DNA of 64,000 nucleotides from Oculina patagonica (Eukaryota): NCBI RefSeq assembly GCF_052425735.1, contig NC_135759.1, positions 31,930,001 to 31,994,000 of the forward strand, read 5' to 3'. Shown piece by piece: positions 23,186 to 35,700 of this stretch (position 1 is its first letter; each line of letters starts with the position of its first letter). The notes under the pieces were generated by a model. It saw only the letters and a program-made list of their open reading frames with translations, ran no database searches and was not told where the DNA came from. The position numbers and the translations under genes were made by a program.

Positions 23186-24232
23186 TTAAAGACGACTGTT
23201 CAATGATCTAGTGCCAGTGTCAGTCACATCAGTATTTTCTCCTGGCCTGTTGTTTAAATTGTACAGGTTCTTACAATTAACTGCCCTTGAACTTGAAGAA
23301 GTATGTGACTTAAAGTAACACAACAATGCTTTCTTAAACTTAGGTAGTCTCCAGGTGTAAAGAAATGGATGAATAAGCGGAGAAACGTAGAGTAAAATGC
23401 CTGATATGGCATATGCATACATCAATGCTTTCAAATTACATATGCTGCACGTTAACGCCAATATCAAGGTTACGAACCAGGGAAGATAACACATTACAAA
23501 CACACCAAGAACAAGAAAAACAAGTTTGACAACCTTGCGTTCCCTCTTCTCGAAAACTTTGGACTGTTCTTTAATGACATTGGAGTTGAGTTCTCTTGAT
23601 GTTCTTCGCATCTTGATAACAATTCTGGTGTTGAGGTAAGTCATGCAACCGCATGGAATGACAATATGAAATGCGAACAACGTTCCGCTTGAGATGATTT
23701 TCTCCAGAACGACAGAAATACATCCAACTACCAAGGCATAACCCCAGACGCACGCGACAGCGATGTACGTTCGATTCTTGGTTACAGTAGATGCGTACTT
23801 CAAAGGTGTAACTATGGCTAGAAATCTGTCAACAGATAAAGCCAACAGGTGCAATATTGAAACAATTCCTATAAATCCATTAATAGATAAGAGGTATGTG
23901 AATGAAAATGGAAACCTCTTTGCAATAAAACTGTCAATCCAATAATAAGCAGTCAGTGGCGTCTGGACGGCTCCAACAATAAAATCAGACAGAGCAAGAC
24001 TGGTAAGCAGAATGTATGACGGCGCGGAACGAAGGTCTTTGTTCGGGTCTTTGTAAAAAGCGGAAATTACGAGAAAATTGCCGAGAATTGTTATCGGTGC
24101 AATGAACAGAACGGCTACAGCTGCAGTCACTGATCCGAAATAATAATCGAAACCAAGCTGAACTCGTATTGCCTCAACGACATCGTGAAACGAAGCTTCC
24201 CAGAGACTCGCTGATCCTGGAAGAATTACCAT
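23186..24232 (-). CDS. Class A (rhodopsin-like) orphan GPCR 1, divergent member, 348 aa
   Basis: 7 TM segments, GN (TM1), LALSD (TM2), DRF, CYLPW, HPFLY; first ATG at 24232, preceded by acceptor TTTCTCTTTTCAG (5'UTR intron). Confidence 0.92.
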   Translation of the reverse strand: MVILPGSASLWEASFHDVVEAIRVQLGFDYYFGSVTAAVAVLFIAPITILGNFLVISAFYKDPNKDLRSAPSYILLTSLALSDFIVGAVQTPLTAYYWIDSFIAKRFPFSFTYLLSINGFIGIVSILHLLALSVDRFLAIVTPLKYASTVTKNRTYIAVACVWGYALVVGCISVVLEKIISSGTLFAFHIVIPCGCMTYLNTRIVIKMRRTSRELNSNVIKEQSKVFEKRERKVVKLVFLVLGVFVMCYLPWFVTLILALTCSICNLKALMYAYAISGILLYVSPLIHPFLYTWRLPKFKKALLCYFKSHTSSSSRAVNCKNLYNLNNRPGENTDVTDTGTRSLNSRL

Positions 24233-26218
24233 GGCCTTCTTGGAGGGTGAAAAATATGTCTGTGTAATCTGAAAAGAGAAATTCAACTTGTATTGACGTT
24301 TGACGCTTGATTGCTTTTTTAAAGGTCTTGATATTGATATGCCGGCATTAATGTGTTGCCCCCCCCCCCCGGGATGTGTTGTAACGAAAGGGAAACGAAA
24401 TAACTGTCACGGTAGCGGTTCGCAAAGGAACCATAACCTTTCCAACCGTGCTTTCGCTGTTTATCATTCTTACTTTACACGAGACATTTCTGAAAGGTAG
24501 TTTCTTTTCGTTATGATAAAAAAGCAAATAATGCTATGTGCCTATATTTTTAATGTACTTGATTCAGTATCGTTCATTGCCTGTTTTGTCCCGTCACTGG
24601 TATTGGGAGAACAAAATTCAAATGAGATCCACAGACCTTTGAAATCAATTTGCATAATTGTGACATATGCGATGCTATTAGACAAAAAGAAATAGATCTT
24701 TCAATCGATTATTCGACACATTGGTCTGTTAACCGTCTTAATCTTAGTTTGCAATTTCTGTGTTAGCTGGTTTATCAGTCTAGTATTGTAATAAATTGCA
24801 CCAAAAATGTCCAAAGCTGAAGAAGCCGATGAGATGGGGTGTTTTAGTCGTAACATAAATGAATAGCAGAACGCCTAGTAAATGATGAATGGGTCACACA
24901 ACGAAAAGAGCTCTCATGATAATATAAACTTAATTTTTCTAACCTCGACGACCTTAGAGAAGGTTACGACAAACCATGGAAACCGGTTAAAATGCGAGGA
25001 GCTACACCTCTAAAGGACAATACAAACCCTCCTTAAATGTTCCGCAAAGCTTGTGTTTTTTCTTTCTACCAAGCTATGGCAGTCGGCTTTCCTTCTTCGA
25101 ATGGGCCGTCTTCATAGTAAATATAGCACAATGCAAAGGAGATGGCGATTTTAACCTGTCTGTCATACGATCCGACCAAAAGATCATGTTTAAGTGAGTG
25201 CACTTACTTAAACACTTCTGATTGGCCGAAGATCATTCATGTTTTTTCCCTGCTGAGTGCGTTCCAGGTGTCACGAATATTATTTGTTTTGCATTATATT
25301 TAATGAACCTCAAAGTAAATGTTAGGTGATTGCCAAAAGAGAACTTCTCCCACCTGTTAACTCTTTAGGAATCTGAAGCGAGGTTTTTGGTTTGTGTTAA
25401 CTTTATTTGTGACAATATATGAGCAGTCGTGAATTTTATATAATTTGATGTAAGCAATGCATTCGTCGTGTAATAGCATAAACTTTTTAACAATGTAACG
25501 TGATGTTAAAAATATTGTGAAAGTGTTGACTTTCTTTCTGCAAACGCAGCTTGATGTATACAACTTGTGTGGGCACAGAAGTTAATCAAACAATGTAAAA
25601 TTTAAACATTCAACGCGCTTTCACAGAAGTGAAAATCGTAAAAGACAGGCAAAAGCTATCCTTTTGAAAAAGATGGAGCTCAAGTTTTTTGTTTAGCTCA
25701 AGATCTACTCCCCTGTGCTCGATTTGAAGACGAATGAAAGGTGGTTCCCAACTGATCTACAAGAAAAGTTAGAACGCAAAACCTTCCATTCGTGGGTGGG
25801 TGAGGCTTTATGAGGAAATACCTCAGTTAGCTATGTTTAGATTATGATATGTTCAACGATAGCCTGTGAATACAGCCGCCTCCCATAGACTTAGACCAGC
25901 CGGGTGAGATGAGAAGAGGCTTTTTTTCGTAGACTAGGTCAAGAAATCCCGGATCATTTTAGGTTTTGGGAACTCCCCTTTTCTCCTCCCCAAACCTATT
26001 TTACTTTTTTTTTTTATTTTTTTTTGGGGGGGGGGAGGGGACGCAAAAAAAAGAAATCCCATTCGTTTGTCAAATAAACCAAACAGATACATTGGATCCT
26101 AAGTAGCAGTTGTACAAAGCTTTTTTTTTAAATAATATTTCGTAATTCGAAAGTAAACAACTTAGGGTTTTTTCCGCATGGAAAGCAGCACTGTGGCTTT
26201 AACTTACTCTTTAAACTA

Positions 26219-27229
26219 TTATAGCTTTGTATTACAAACGTCAGGTTCGCTGTCGGTTCGTTCTTCACGATGGCGGCCCAGGCCTGCAGCTATTTGCTTC
26301 CAGAAGTACTTGAACGTCTCTTTATATTTTGGAAGTCGCCATGCATACAACATCGGGTTTAAACCCGAGTTTGCGTACGTTAAACTGCCTGAAAATCTAA
26401 AAGATATCATAAGTAGCGATAAATTCGGATGGCATGGTCGGCAAATGTATATCAAAACCTGAACGATGAACCACGGCATGTAGCAGATGAGAAATGCGGA
26501 AATCACGACAGTGATGGCCTTGAAAAGATTTCTTTCTCTTTGAAGGATGATTCGACGATGTTTTGATGATTGCGGGTCTTTTACTCTTTTCTTCGAGTAT
26601 CTGTGAAAGCGGAACATAATTACAATGTACATAATTAACATACTGAAAAGAATGAAAAGAAGTTGCACGTTGTAGACTGCCCCCATTATGGCAAAGTAGT
26701 CCCGCAACATGAGAAATGCGCATCCAAATGCTACGAAATACATCCAGCAAATACAGTTGGCGACGAGCACTCTTTTATTAGTAACTATTACTCGATAGTG
26801 AAGTGGAGTCACCACAGCGAAAACTCTGTCCACTGTCAGCAGGAACATATGACCAAAACTCACGTTGACAGAGAAAACGTTGATGGCAAATATCACAGAC
26901 AGATCAAACGGCGATTTATCTTCGCGGTAAATCACCCAGCCCCAGTAGGCCGTTATTGGGCAAACTGCTAAACCAACGAGTAGATCTGCGATGGCCATGG
27001 ATGTCAAAATGAAGTTGGAGGGTGATGATCGAAGTTTCTTAAGAGGATCTTTCCAAACTGCTAATAAGACCAATACATTCCCAAACACGATTATCGGAGA
27101 CATTAATATCGATAGAACGGCGCTAGTCACTGAAAGCGGCTTCACATTTTCTAGGCCCAACCATGCTTCTTGTAAAGCTTGTTCGCTTGTTATGTTCCAG
27201 AAGTTGTAGTGGCCCACGACAGCTGCCAT
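26219..27229 (-). CDS. Class A orphan GPCR 2, 336 aa
   Basis: GN, MAIAD, DRV, CYMPW, NPMLY; ends NTKL. Confidence 0.95.
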   Translation of the reverse strand: MAAVVGHYNFWNITSEQALQEAWLGLENVKPLSVTSAVLSILMSPIIVFGNVLVLLAVWKDPLKKLRSSPSNFILTSMAIADLLVGLAVCPITAYWGWVIYREDKSPFDLSVIFAINVFSVNVSFGHMFLLTVDRVFAVVTPLHYRVIVTNKRVLVANCICWMYFVAFGCAFLMLRDYFAIMGAVYNVQLLFILFSMLIMYIVIMFRFHRYSKKRVKDPQSSKHRRIILQRERNLFKAITVVISAFLICYMPWFIVQVLIYICRPCHPNLSLLMISFRFSGSLTYANSGLNPMLYAWRLPKYKETFKYFWKQIAAGLGRHREERTDSEPDVCNTKL

Positions 27230-29071
27230 TTTAACTCAAAGTCTAGCTGTGCACCGTTCTGGAATGCTCAGGTTGACTCTGATGTTTGTCTTAATATCAA
27301 GCCCTTAAATAATGCTCGTGATATTTGGTTATATATAAAGCCGCATAATAACACTTAATGATATGGAAAGTAACTTCAATATCACAACATATATTGGGTG
27401 CTTTCAAGTAGCACGTTCAAACATTTTATGGTTACTTTGGTCTTCCGAATCTTAATTTTAACGGTGCATGGAACATGCATATTTCTTGCTGTGGCATTGT
27501 TTAGGTAAATACTGTTTAGAGTTCGTTATGGAGAATCATTCGAAGAAAGAAGGAAGCTCTTGCATTTAAATGCAATAATTAAAATATTTGTTGTTTTTCA
27601 TTAGTATTACTTAATTGAAACCGGAGATAAGCGTCAACCCGATGGGCCACTACGTTCGAAAGCAGACTTTGCCTTACCTTATTTGATTTAAACAGCTTTT
27701 CTTAAGTGATATGTGTACGATCAAAGAACACTAAAAACTGCAGGCTTTTAAAGACATTGCGATAACTTTTATGCCTCAAAAACTTGTTTGCGTGAGCGGC
27801 ACACTTATTCCTCAAAACAAAGACAGAAAGAAGAAAGGAAGCTTTTAAGGGATGTTGATTGTAGTTTGTTATTCAACTAGCGTGAGTACCGCATTCAGTG
27901 GAAAATATTGGTCGAGAACTAGCGAGTGCCTGCAGGGATAGTAACGGAAGAAAGTCCCGCTGGAAATACAACAAACTTCACACTGCTTAGAAAACACTAG
28001 TTTTTGAAGCAGGAGCGACCAGAAATATTGTTACACTCCTTTGATGAAATCAGCAAGGCCATAACAGAGGCGCTTCTTCCAACATCTTGATGGAGCGAAG
28101 AACTGGGAGAGTAAAGAAAAAATCCCGAAGAATTCAAGACGGCAGCATCCTGAGGGCTCGGTCAATGTAATTTTCGTCGTCTGAAATTTGCCTTTTTTCA
28201 ACTTTGACTTCAACTTTATTGCTTCCATCATTAACAGCGTATTAGTTATAGTTGCCTTTTATCTTTCGATCCGGCCCATTTCCCCCATCGAGCTTAAGGC
28301 CACAAGTGAAGTTTATGTTTCGATATCTGCTGCAGTTTTGCACCGAAACAGTTGCTAACGTAAACATTTCTTGCGCCAAAGGCATTGTAAGGCCCTGGAC
28401 CTTTCACCCTTTCACTCTTTCCACTCACTCTGAGCAAGACCAAAGGCCCACAGGCCTGTCGGGAAGATAGTCGTGCCGTTTCGGTCACGCAACCAGCTTT
28501 AAAGCGTATAAGTCGTATAACAATGTTCCCGGGAGGTTTTAACTATGCTATGCTATGCTATTTGTGGGTGTTATCCAGAGGATATTCAGAGAAAATTTAT
28601 CCATTTCAGCTAATAATAATTTGAACTGAATTTTTCAGCTGTCAGTTAAAAAACCGGAAGCATTTCTAAGCTATCAATTAAAAATTAGCACTCCATCCAC
28701 ACCCTCTTATTTAAGGTAGTCCTGGAGGTTAATTTAACAAAAAAACTGTACGAGGTCCTGGTATTGGGATAATATTGATCGGGCTGCTTTTCTTGTTTGT
28801 TTTTGGACCGAACCGAAGACGAGGTCAATAGACTTGCAAAAAATGAGAGAACGAGCTTTTGTTGCCTCAGTATTTATTTATCCCACTGGTCTAATCAGTT
28901 TAAACAACATGATGATAAGCGATGTTAATAGATTAATATCAGATTTTGTTGTAAAGGAAATGTCTGCTTTTGTTAACAAATACATCCCAAAAATAAAGAT
29001 GAACATGAACTATTGTAGTTGCGAAAGATTATGATGAGACAGTTATAGAAGACCAGAGGCTAGTTCCAAAT

Positions 29072-29614
29072 CTACCTGAAGAATTTAAGGATTGCAGAGG
29101 CAGACCTCCGGGCTCTAAGGTTCTCAACCTTAAATGGAACTGAAACAGGCTCAGGGGCTTGCAAAGAATCAGCAGTATTGGAGAGATCAGGTAAAGACCG
29201 ATGCCCTACTGAGAGACTCATTTCTGCACACTTGTCTTTTCTTGTGAATCTCTTGCAGTACATGGCTCTCTGTGTCTCACTGTCTACTCCTAGTGCAAAA
29301 CTTTGAGCATCACTGATTACTGAAAAACGTAGACAAATACGTTTTTTTTTCTAGAAACACATTAACGGGATTTTAGACCTTTTTTAAGGAAAGCAAACTG
29401 ATTTAAAAATTGGTTTGCTTGTCCTGGCAGATTATTTGTTTCAGGCATAAAGCGTGGCTTTCACTCCTTTCTGACTGAGTGAAATTTGTCACAAGCGTGG
29501 TTTTGTTCAAATTGTCCAATGGAAAAGCGCGGCGTCAAGTAATTAGCATTTATGAGCATGTAAGTCGCGCGGCACACGCATGATGATATTGACAAGAACG
29601 AGAAACAGTGCCGT
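29072..29614 (-). CDS. Candidate two-exon small secreted peptide precursor (exons 29614-29578 and 29319-29072)
   Basis: Strong acceptor CGTTTTTCAG| at 29322-29320; exon open for 81 codons to TAG; splicing from weak donor C|GTGTGC gives signal-peptide-like ALFLVLVNIIMLISDAQS; RARR site; AATAAA ~200 nt downstream. Start is ACG at 29614 or in-frame ATG at 29725. Confidence 0.4.
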
Positions 29615-30271
29615 TTTTGTAGTTGAATGTGTTGAAAAAATGGAACTTTTTTGGTGCCTAGTTATGGGATGTCTATTGATGTATAAAAGCCTGCAAAAGG
29701 TTGAAGTGGATGTGGCATATTTCATGAGCTACAGCTGATTCACTGAGGCATCCCAGTGAAACAATGTAGGGCCTGTGCAACATTTGCTTCGCTTAATATC
29801 AGTTGAGGTATGAAAAACTAGAATGCTTATTCTCGCTCAAATCACAGCAAATGAGTTCCCAAACCCCGTCAATGACAATAAAAACAACATACAATTTAAC
29901 TAAATCATTTTTATTGTGAATTATTTGGAATGTTTAGTAATTCAAACGTACTTGTTGCATTCCATACAAACTCATATATTTTCTCAAGATTACAATATAT
30001 GCAAAAAATAGGAACAAGGCTCATGTATTAAGCTTGGGCGACCCGTGCTAACAACCGTGAAACATTGTTGCTTTTTTTCCGTTTTTTTTTTTTCTATGGT
30101 ATACAGGTCGTGTCTGGGTCTCAATACGTACCACTAAACTAAAATCATGCGATTAATCAAAGTAAAAGTAAAACGCTTTTGACCAGACGGCCGGAGAATG
30201 AGATCAAAGAGCTCTTCGAGCCACGACTGAATTTTTGTCACCAAGTTTTACGTTTGGTTCCCATACCATAA

Positions 30272-30513
30272 GGGACGGACCATTATTTTTTTAGAGGGGG
30301 GGGGGGGGGGATGAAAAATATTGAAAAAAATTGTTTGCAGGGCTTGGAAAGACAAAATAAATTGTTTGCAAACACGATATGTATAACAAAAAATAGTAAG
30401 AATTTCGAAAAAAAAATGTTGCATGCCGAGGTGCATAAACTAAAAAAAAAAGTTTGCAGAGGAAAATTTTTCATCCCCCCCCCCCCCCCTCCAAGAAAAT
30501 AATGGTCCGTCCC
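30272..30513. mobile_element. PIF/Harbinger-type MITE (TAA TSD)
   Basis: TAA|GGGACGGACCATTATTTT ... AAAATAATGGTCCGTCCC|TAA with subterminal G/C runs. Confidence 0.85.
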
Positions 30514-31769
30514 TAAGAATATATGAGCAGCATTTAATTAAAATTTTCTTTGATGCAATCAAAAAGCAGAAATGAGGAAACATGCGTGACAACTGCAGCT
30601 AATCAGCGGTTAATAAAACTCACGATGTCTATTACATTTTTATGATTTTTATTCGTCGTGCAAGACTGCGTATGTCGGATTAGCTCGAGTGGTTGTCAGG
30701 ATGGGGTGCGAGATGTTGGAAGTTTAAACCCCGGAGGGGTCAGGGTTTTTTTTTCCTTTTTTTTTTTTTTTAATCCGTGGTGCTAAAAAGGTTTGTATAT
30801 TATATCGCTTTGTAGGTATGCATTAGAAAATAAAAGCATTTAAGCCGTGAGGTAATTATGCCGTTAATAAATATATCAATTAAGACATATAGACTTATTC
30901 AGGTGAAAATGTACATTTGCTGTTACATCTATAAAGCTTTTATCTTCTTGCGAACAAGCAGCCACGCACTCGATTTTAGCCAACACTCTAGTTTCTAGAT
31001 AGCTCCATCTTTGATAAAGTGTATGAGAAAGCCGATTCAATTTTCAAATGCTCCTTCATGTACCGCACTAGCTCGACAGATAGACACGAAAGACATCGAT
31101 CGATTTATCGCCCTAAATGTCTACTTTTTCGGCGTTCGATTACTTTCTACCCGTAACTGTCGGCCACATATTGTTTCTTTTTTTCTTGTTATTCTTATTA
31201 AACCCCTTTAAATTTAAAAAGCCGTCTTTATACGGCTGCCTTGTTACTCTGTTTCTACTATTATATCCGCTGGTCAGCGGAAATGCAAAAAATGTTTACA
31301 GACAATGGACCAACCATCCAACCGACCAACCAGCCAACCGAGTGAGTGCAACTGGGCTAGCAACTATACTTCCTGAATTAAAAAATTCAGCCGTAAAAAA
31401 GACATTTATAACCTATCCCTGTGGCACTTTGCAGTTGGATGTTTCATAACCTTTTCAGTTTTGCTCAAAGCAGGATCTATACTGTACTCAATTTGAAGAC
31501 AAATGAGATATGGATAGTTAGCGTGAGACGTGAAGAGAGGAAAGAGCTCCAATATCAATATTAAGGTCATGACGTGTTTTGATAAAACTGTCACATCAAC
31601 CGAATGCACAAAAACAAATGTACTGGATTGTCCAGTTATACACAATTTTAAACACCATTAATTAATTCAAGAAATAACTCATTTCAATATGTTATTAGGG
31701 CGATCAGTGTTTGACATAATAAAAATTTTGGTTTGCATCTGATCTAAAAATGTTGGTAAAAACGTATAA

Positions 31770-31810
31770 AACTGAATTTTCGGTAACTCTCTGCTACCTT
31801 CATCAGAGTT
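31770..31810 (-). ncRNA. Minimal type I hammerhead ribozyme in the Penelope 3' terminus
   Basis: AACU-CUGAUGA-A-GGUAGC agaga GUUACC-GAAA-AU-UC-AGUU: core boxes, 6-bp stem II, 4-bp stem I, palindromic AAUU stem III. Confidence 0.7.
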
Positions 31811-31841
31811 AAAATTGGTTCAGTTTTTGCATAATCAGTTT

Positions 31842-32075
31842 TTATACGCCACCGGTCTCTAGGAATGTTCCCAATGTTAAATAAACTTGTGGGAAATGCA
31901 CATGCTCATTCACGCAGTTAATGTCCTGGATAGAATGCAGCGCTTCTAGGAATAGGCGTTGTTGCCTATTGTTGACATTTCTTTCTAAAATTTCTACATA
32001 ATCCGGATGAATGTCATGGTCTGTTGTTTCCGCGTGAAATCGTATTGCGCTTTCGTTATTAGATCTTGTGCCTGG
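31842..32075 (-). mobile_element. 5'-truncated Penelope-like retroelement (C-terminus of GIY-YIG endonuclease)
   Basis: SAIRFHAETTDHDIHPDYVEILERNVNNRQQRLFLEALH...N matches the SA..H....H...R..LE...N pattern of PLE endonucleases; hammerhead immediately downstream. Confidence 0.8.
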
Positions 32076-32236
32076 CTTGTGCTCTGCGCCGCGCGATTTC
32101 CATGATCTTTTTGCTCTCTCCCACATAGGCAAAATCACATGTTTTGCATTTGACTTTTTACACAATTCCCTTACTGTGGCCTTAAATATAATAGCAGCTG
32201 AAATTACTATTTAACGTTCGGTTCGCAGTCGTCTCT

Positions 32237-33196
32237 CTATTCACAAAAAAGGCCTTCGGCTATTTGTTTCCAAAAATACTTGAACGTCTCTTGGTACTTT
32301 GGAAGTCGCCATGCATACAACATTGGATTTAATCCCGAGTTTGCGTACGTTAAACTGCCAGAAAATCCAAAAGATATCATAAGTAACGATAAATGCGGGT
32401 GGCATGGTCGACAGACGTATATCAACATCTGAACGATAAACCACGGCATGTAGCAGATGAGAAATGCACAAATGACGATGGTGATGGCTTTGAAGAGATT
32501 CTTTTCTCTTTGAAGGACAAATCGACGATCTTTTAAGGATTTGTCTTTTACCCTTCTCTTCGAGTATCTGTGAAAGCGGAACATGATCACAGCATACATG
32601 ACTAACATACTCAAAAAAATGAGATGAAGTTGCACGTTGTAGACAGCTCCTATGATGGCAAAGTAGTCCCGCAACATAAGAAACGCGCATCCAAACATAA
32701 CGAAATAGATCCAGCAAACACAGTTGGCGACGATCACTCTTTTATTTGTAACTCTAACTCGATAGTGAAGTGGAGTCACCACAGCGAAAACTCTGTCAAC
32801 TGTCAACAGGAACATATGGCCAAAACTTACGTTAACGGAGAAAACGTTGATGGCAAATATCACAGACAGATCAAAAGGCGATTCTTCCTCGATGCAAATC
32901 ACCCAACCCCAGTAGGCCGTTATTGGGCAAACTACTAAACCAACGAGTAGATCTGCAATGGCCATGGAAGTTAATATTAAGTTGGAAGGCGATGATCGAA
33001 GTTTCTTGAGAGGATCTTTCCAAACTGCTAATAAGACCAATACATTTCCAAACACGATGATCGGTGACATCACTATCGATAAAAAGACACTTATCCCCGA
33101 AAGAATCTGCACGTTTTCTAGGCTCAGCCATGCTTCTTCTAAGGCTTGCTCACTTGTTATGTTCCAAAATTTGTAGTGTCCTACGACAGCTGCCAT
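32237..33196 (-). CDS. Class A orphan GPCR 3, 319 aa, C-tail shortened by premature TAG
   Basis: Close paralog of GPCR 2/4 with all 7 TMs; homologous residues RDDCEPNV continue in frame past the stop. Confidence 0.88.
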   Translation of the reverse strand: MAAVVGHYKFWNITSEQALEEAWLSLENVQILSGISVFLSIVMSPIIVFGNVLVLLAVWKDPLKKLRSSPSNLILTSMAIADLLVGLVVCPITAYWGWVICIEEESPFDLSVIFAINVFSVNVSFGHMFLLTVDRVFAVVTPLHYRVRVTNKRVIVANCVCWIYFVMFGCAFLMLRDYFAIIGAVYNVQLHLIFLSMLVMYAVIMFRFHRYSKRRVKDKSLKDRRFVLQREKNLFKAITIVICAFLICYMPWFIVQMLIYVCRPCHPHLSLLMISFGFSGSLTYANSGLNPMLYAWRLPKYQETFKYFWKQIAEGLFCE

Positions 33197-35478
33197 TTCA
33201 ACTGGAGCTCTTTTTTCTTCAAATGGAATACTTGGCTTGACTATGATGTCAATTGTCTCAACGGCGAGCTCTTGTTTGAGGTTGATGATGTTCAGTTCTT
33301 TTTAACTGAGCCACATAATGACACCTAATGATACAGAAGGGGAAATGATAAAATATATTGGGAGCTGTCTACGTGGATTGACGTTTTGCGTTTGTTTGGA
33401 CCTTACGCTTTTTTATTAGTGAGGGGCTGCCTCTAGCACCATTTTTAGCAATATAAATGAAAGAGCGCGTTCAAGAAGAATGGAAGAATGGAAGAATGTA
33501 CTTGTATTTCAAGTACATTAATTGTCTTGTTTGTTGTTTTCAGTCTTATTTGATTTAAACCACTTTTTAAGTGAGATGTGTACAGTCAAACAAAACATGA
33601 AAACTGTAGGATTTTTTTAAAAGGCCACTTTGAAACTCCTGAGCCGAAAATAAACTCAAACTACCAGAGACGGAGTGCCTGCAGTCTGCCTCTTACAATG
33701 GAATAATGTGTTTCAAAACTTAAGACAATGTACCTCCCTGGGCTCTTCAAAAAGAATGTCAAAGTCCATTTTCTTTATTGGGCTCCCACGCGGCAATGAT
33801 GTAAACCAAAGTGTTTTATTATAAATTATATTATTATGTTAACATTGTACTGACGATTTTTCGTGTCTAAACGAAGTGCGTTTACGTATGTAATATTGGC
33901 ACGCCTTGAGCCGAATTTAACCCTGAAATTAAGACACAAAGAAGAAAGGAAGTGCTTAAGGGATATTGATTGCAGTTACGAAATAGATGTCATTGAACCA
34001 GCGTGTGGTCTGTATTGAAAAATATTGGTTGAGTGAGTGACTCTGGAAGAGTGACTCTGGAAAAGTAAGTCCGTCTAGAGGACTACGTCATTTCAGAACT
34101 ACCCCTTCCACCCTGAGTATTTTGTCAATTAACACAATTTCGTGGAAAGAGGAACATAGGGAGTTAACAATATTTCTCAAGAATACAACTAAAGGACTGA
34201 ATCGGTCTTGTTTGAAGCTACACTAGGCTTGATGTCATGGAACTGGTAGTCATAGTATATATTGAGAGCTTTAAAGTACATTCACCACTTTAGAAAAGAG
34301 AAAAAAGCTGGGGCAAGTCTAATCTTGCAGTAACTTGTGGGATCATTGCTGGGGACAAAACAAAAGACGAGGAGCCATATTAATTGTAACGGTCCCACAA
34401 GAGACTGCGCGCGTGATGAGGTTCGTCCCAGATTTCTTCTCGTTTCTAAATTGCCTCTAAATTGGCAAATTGAAATTTTGATGCTACTTTGGGCTCAAAG
34501 CTTTTTATTTTCAAAAAAAAAATATGAAAACGAATTATCGTATCATTAGCAGGCAATGCATTATTCAGCAGTTCAAATGATAGAGTCGGTTATGAATAAT
34601 TAACCCTGAGGGAGAGGCCACCGGGAGCCCCAGCTTGTTTTTTTTTATTATTATTTTATTATTATACGACAAAAGAAAGGCCTTGTTAAGTGCAGTTTTT
34701 GTCTTATTTGTTGCTTTTTCTTTATCGTATGTGATTTGAAATACTTTCTTTGAGTGGTTTGTGTATATTCAAAGAAATTGACAACTGTGAGACGTTAAGC
34801 AATTTTTATAGCTCCCATGTACCTCCACTGGCATGTTAGTTGTAGTTAAGAAATTGATATTACTAACGGAACGAGCTTGGGGTCCGTATTGAGAAATATT
34901 GGACGAGTTCCTTTGTTTGCACGTTTATGGACCAAGCCGACGGCTCGGCGGCATACGAATTAGGAAAAAGGCACGTTATTTCGTTTGGAAGAGAAGTAAT
35001 TCTGTCAGGTTGCCCAAAAATTCATCACTTCTCGCTTACACATCGGATAGTGAGAGACATAGCGAGAGATAACGGTGATTTCCAAGAATACAACACGAGC
35101 ACAATGTGGTAGGCTTGGACTCTGAATTTGGAGTTCACCAAGAAGATAATGCTTGGCGTATGAACTTTGCGTTAATAAATTTACAGCATGTTAGTGATGT
35201 AGTTATTCAAGTTTGGATATCACCTGGAGTTTTATGACTACATTAGCTTAACGACTTACTCGCTAATATTGTTTGTGCGTAATACATGTGCAATGTCACG
35301 CTACGTCATGCATCGAGCGGGTGCACCGCGGAAGAAACTGCACTGGCGGCCGTCAATGACTGAAATAAATTAACGAATTTTCTTTTCTTTCGATAAATCA
35401 CTTTCTCTGCCGATTTTTGAAAGATTAATAATTAAAGTATTTCCATTTATCTTCTCACGCACCATCAAGTTTTTCTTA

Positions 35479-35700
35479 TACAGTCGAACCTCCCTATGCG
35501 ACCATCTTTCGCAAGCGATCACCTTTCGTTAGCAAACACGTTCCAAAATACCAAAACGTTTCCAGTCAAATCACTATAGTTAAAACCTCTCCCAAGCGGC
35601 CACCACTCGTGTGCAATCACCGGACCACCTTTAAGGCTGATGATCTGAAAATATCTCATAAGTTTATAAACCTGCGCGCGGTAAGCGACCACTTCAATTT
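35479..35700. repeat. Fragment of CAGTCGAACCTC-type DNA transposon/MITE
   Basis: TA|CAGTCGAACCTCCC start and repeated GCGACCAC-like motifs; second TIR not found. Confidence 0.45.

Noticed and set aside
28031-28490. Moderately GC-rich stretch with short minus-strand ORFs
   Set aside because: All frames are interrupted and no motif recognised; probably a decayed element.
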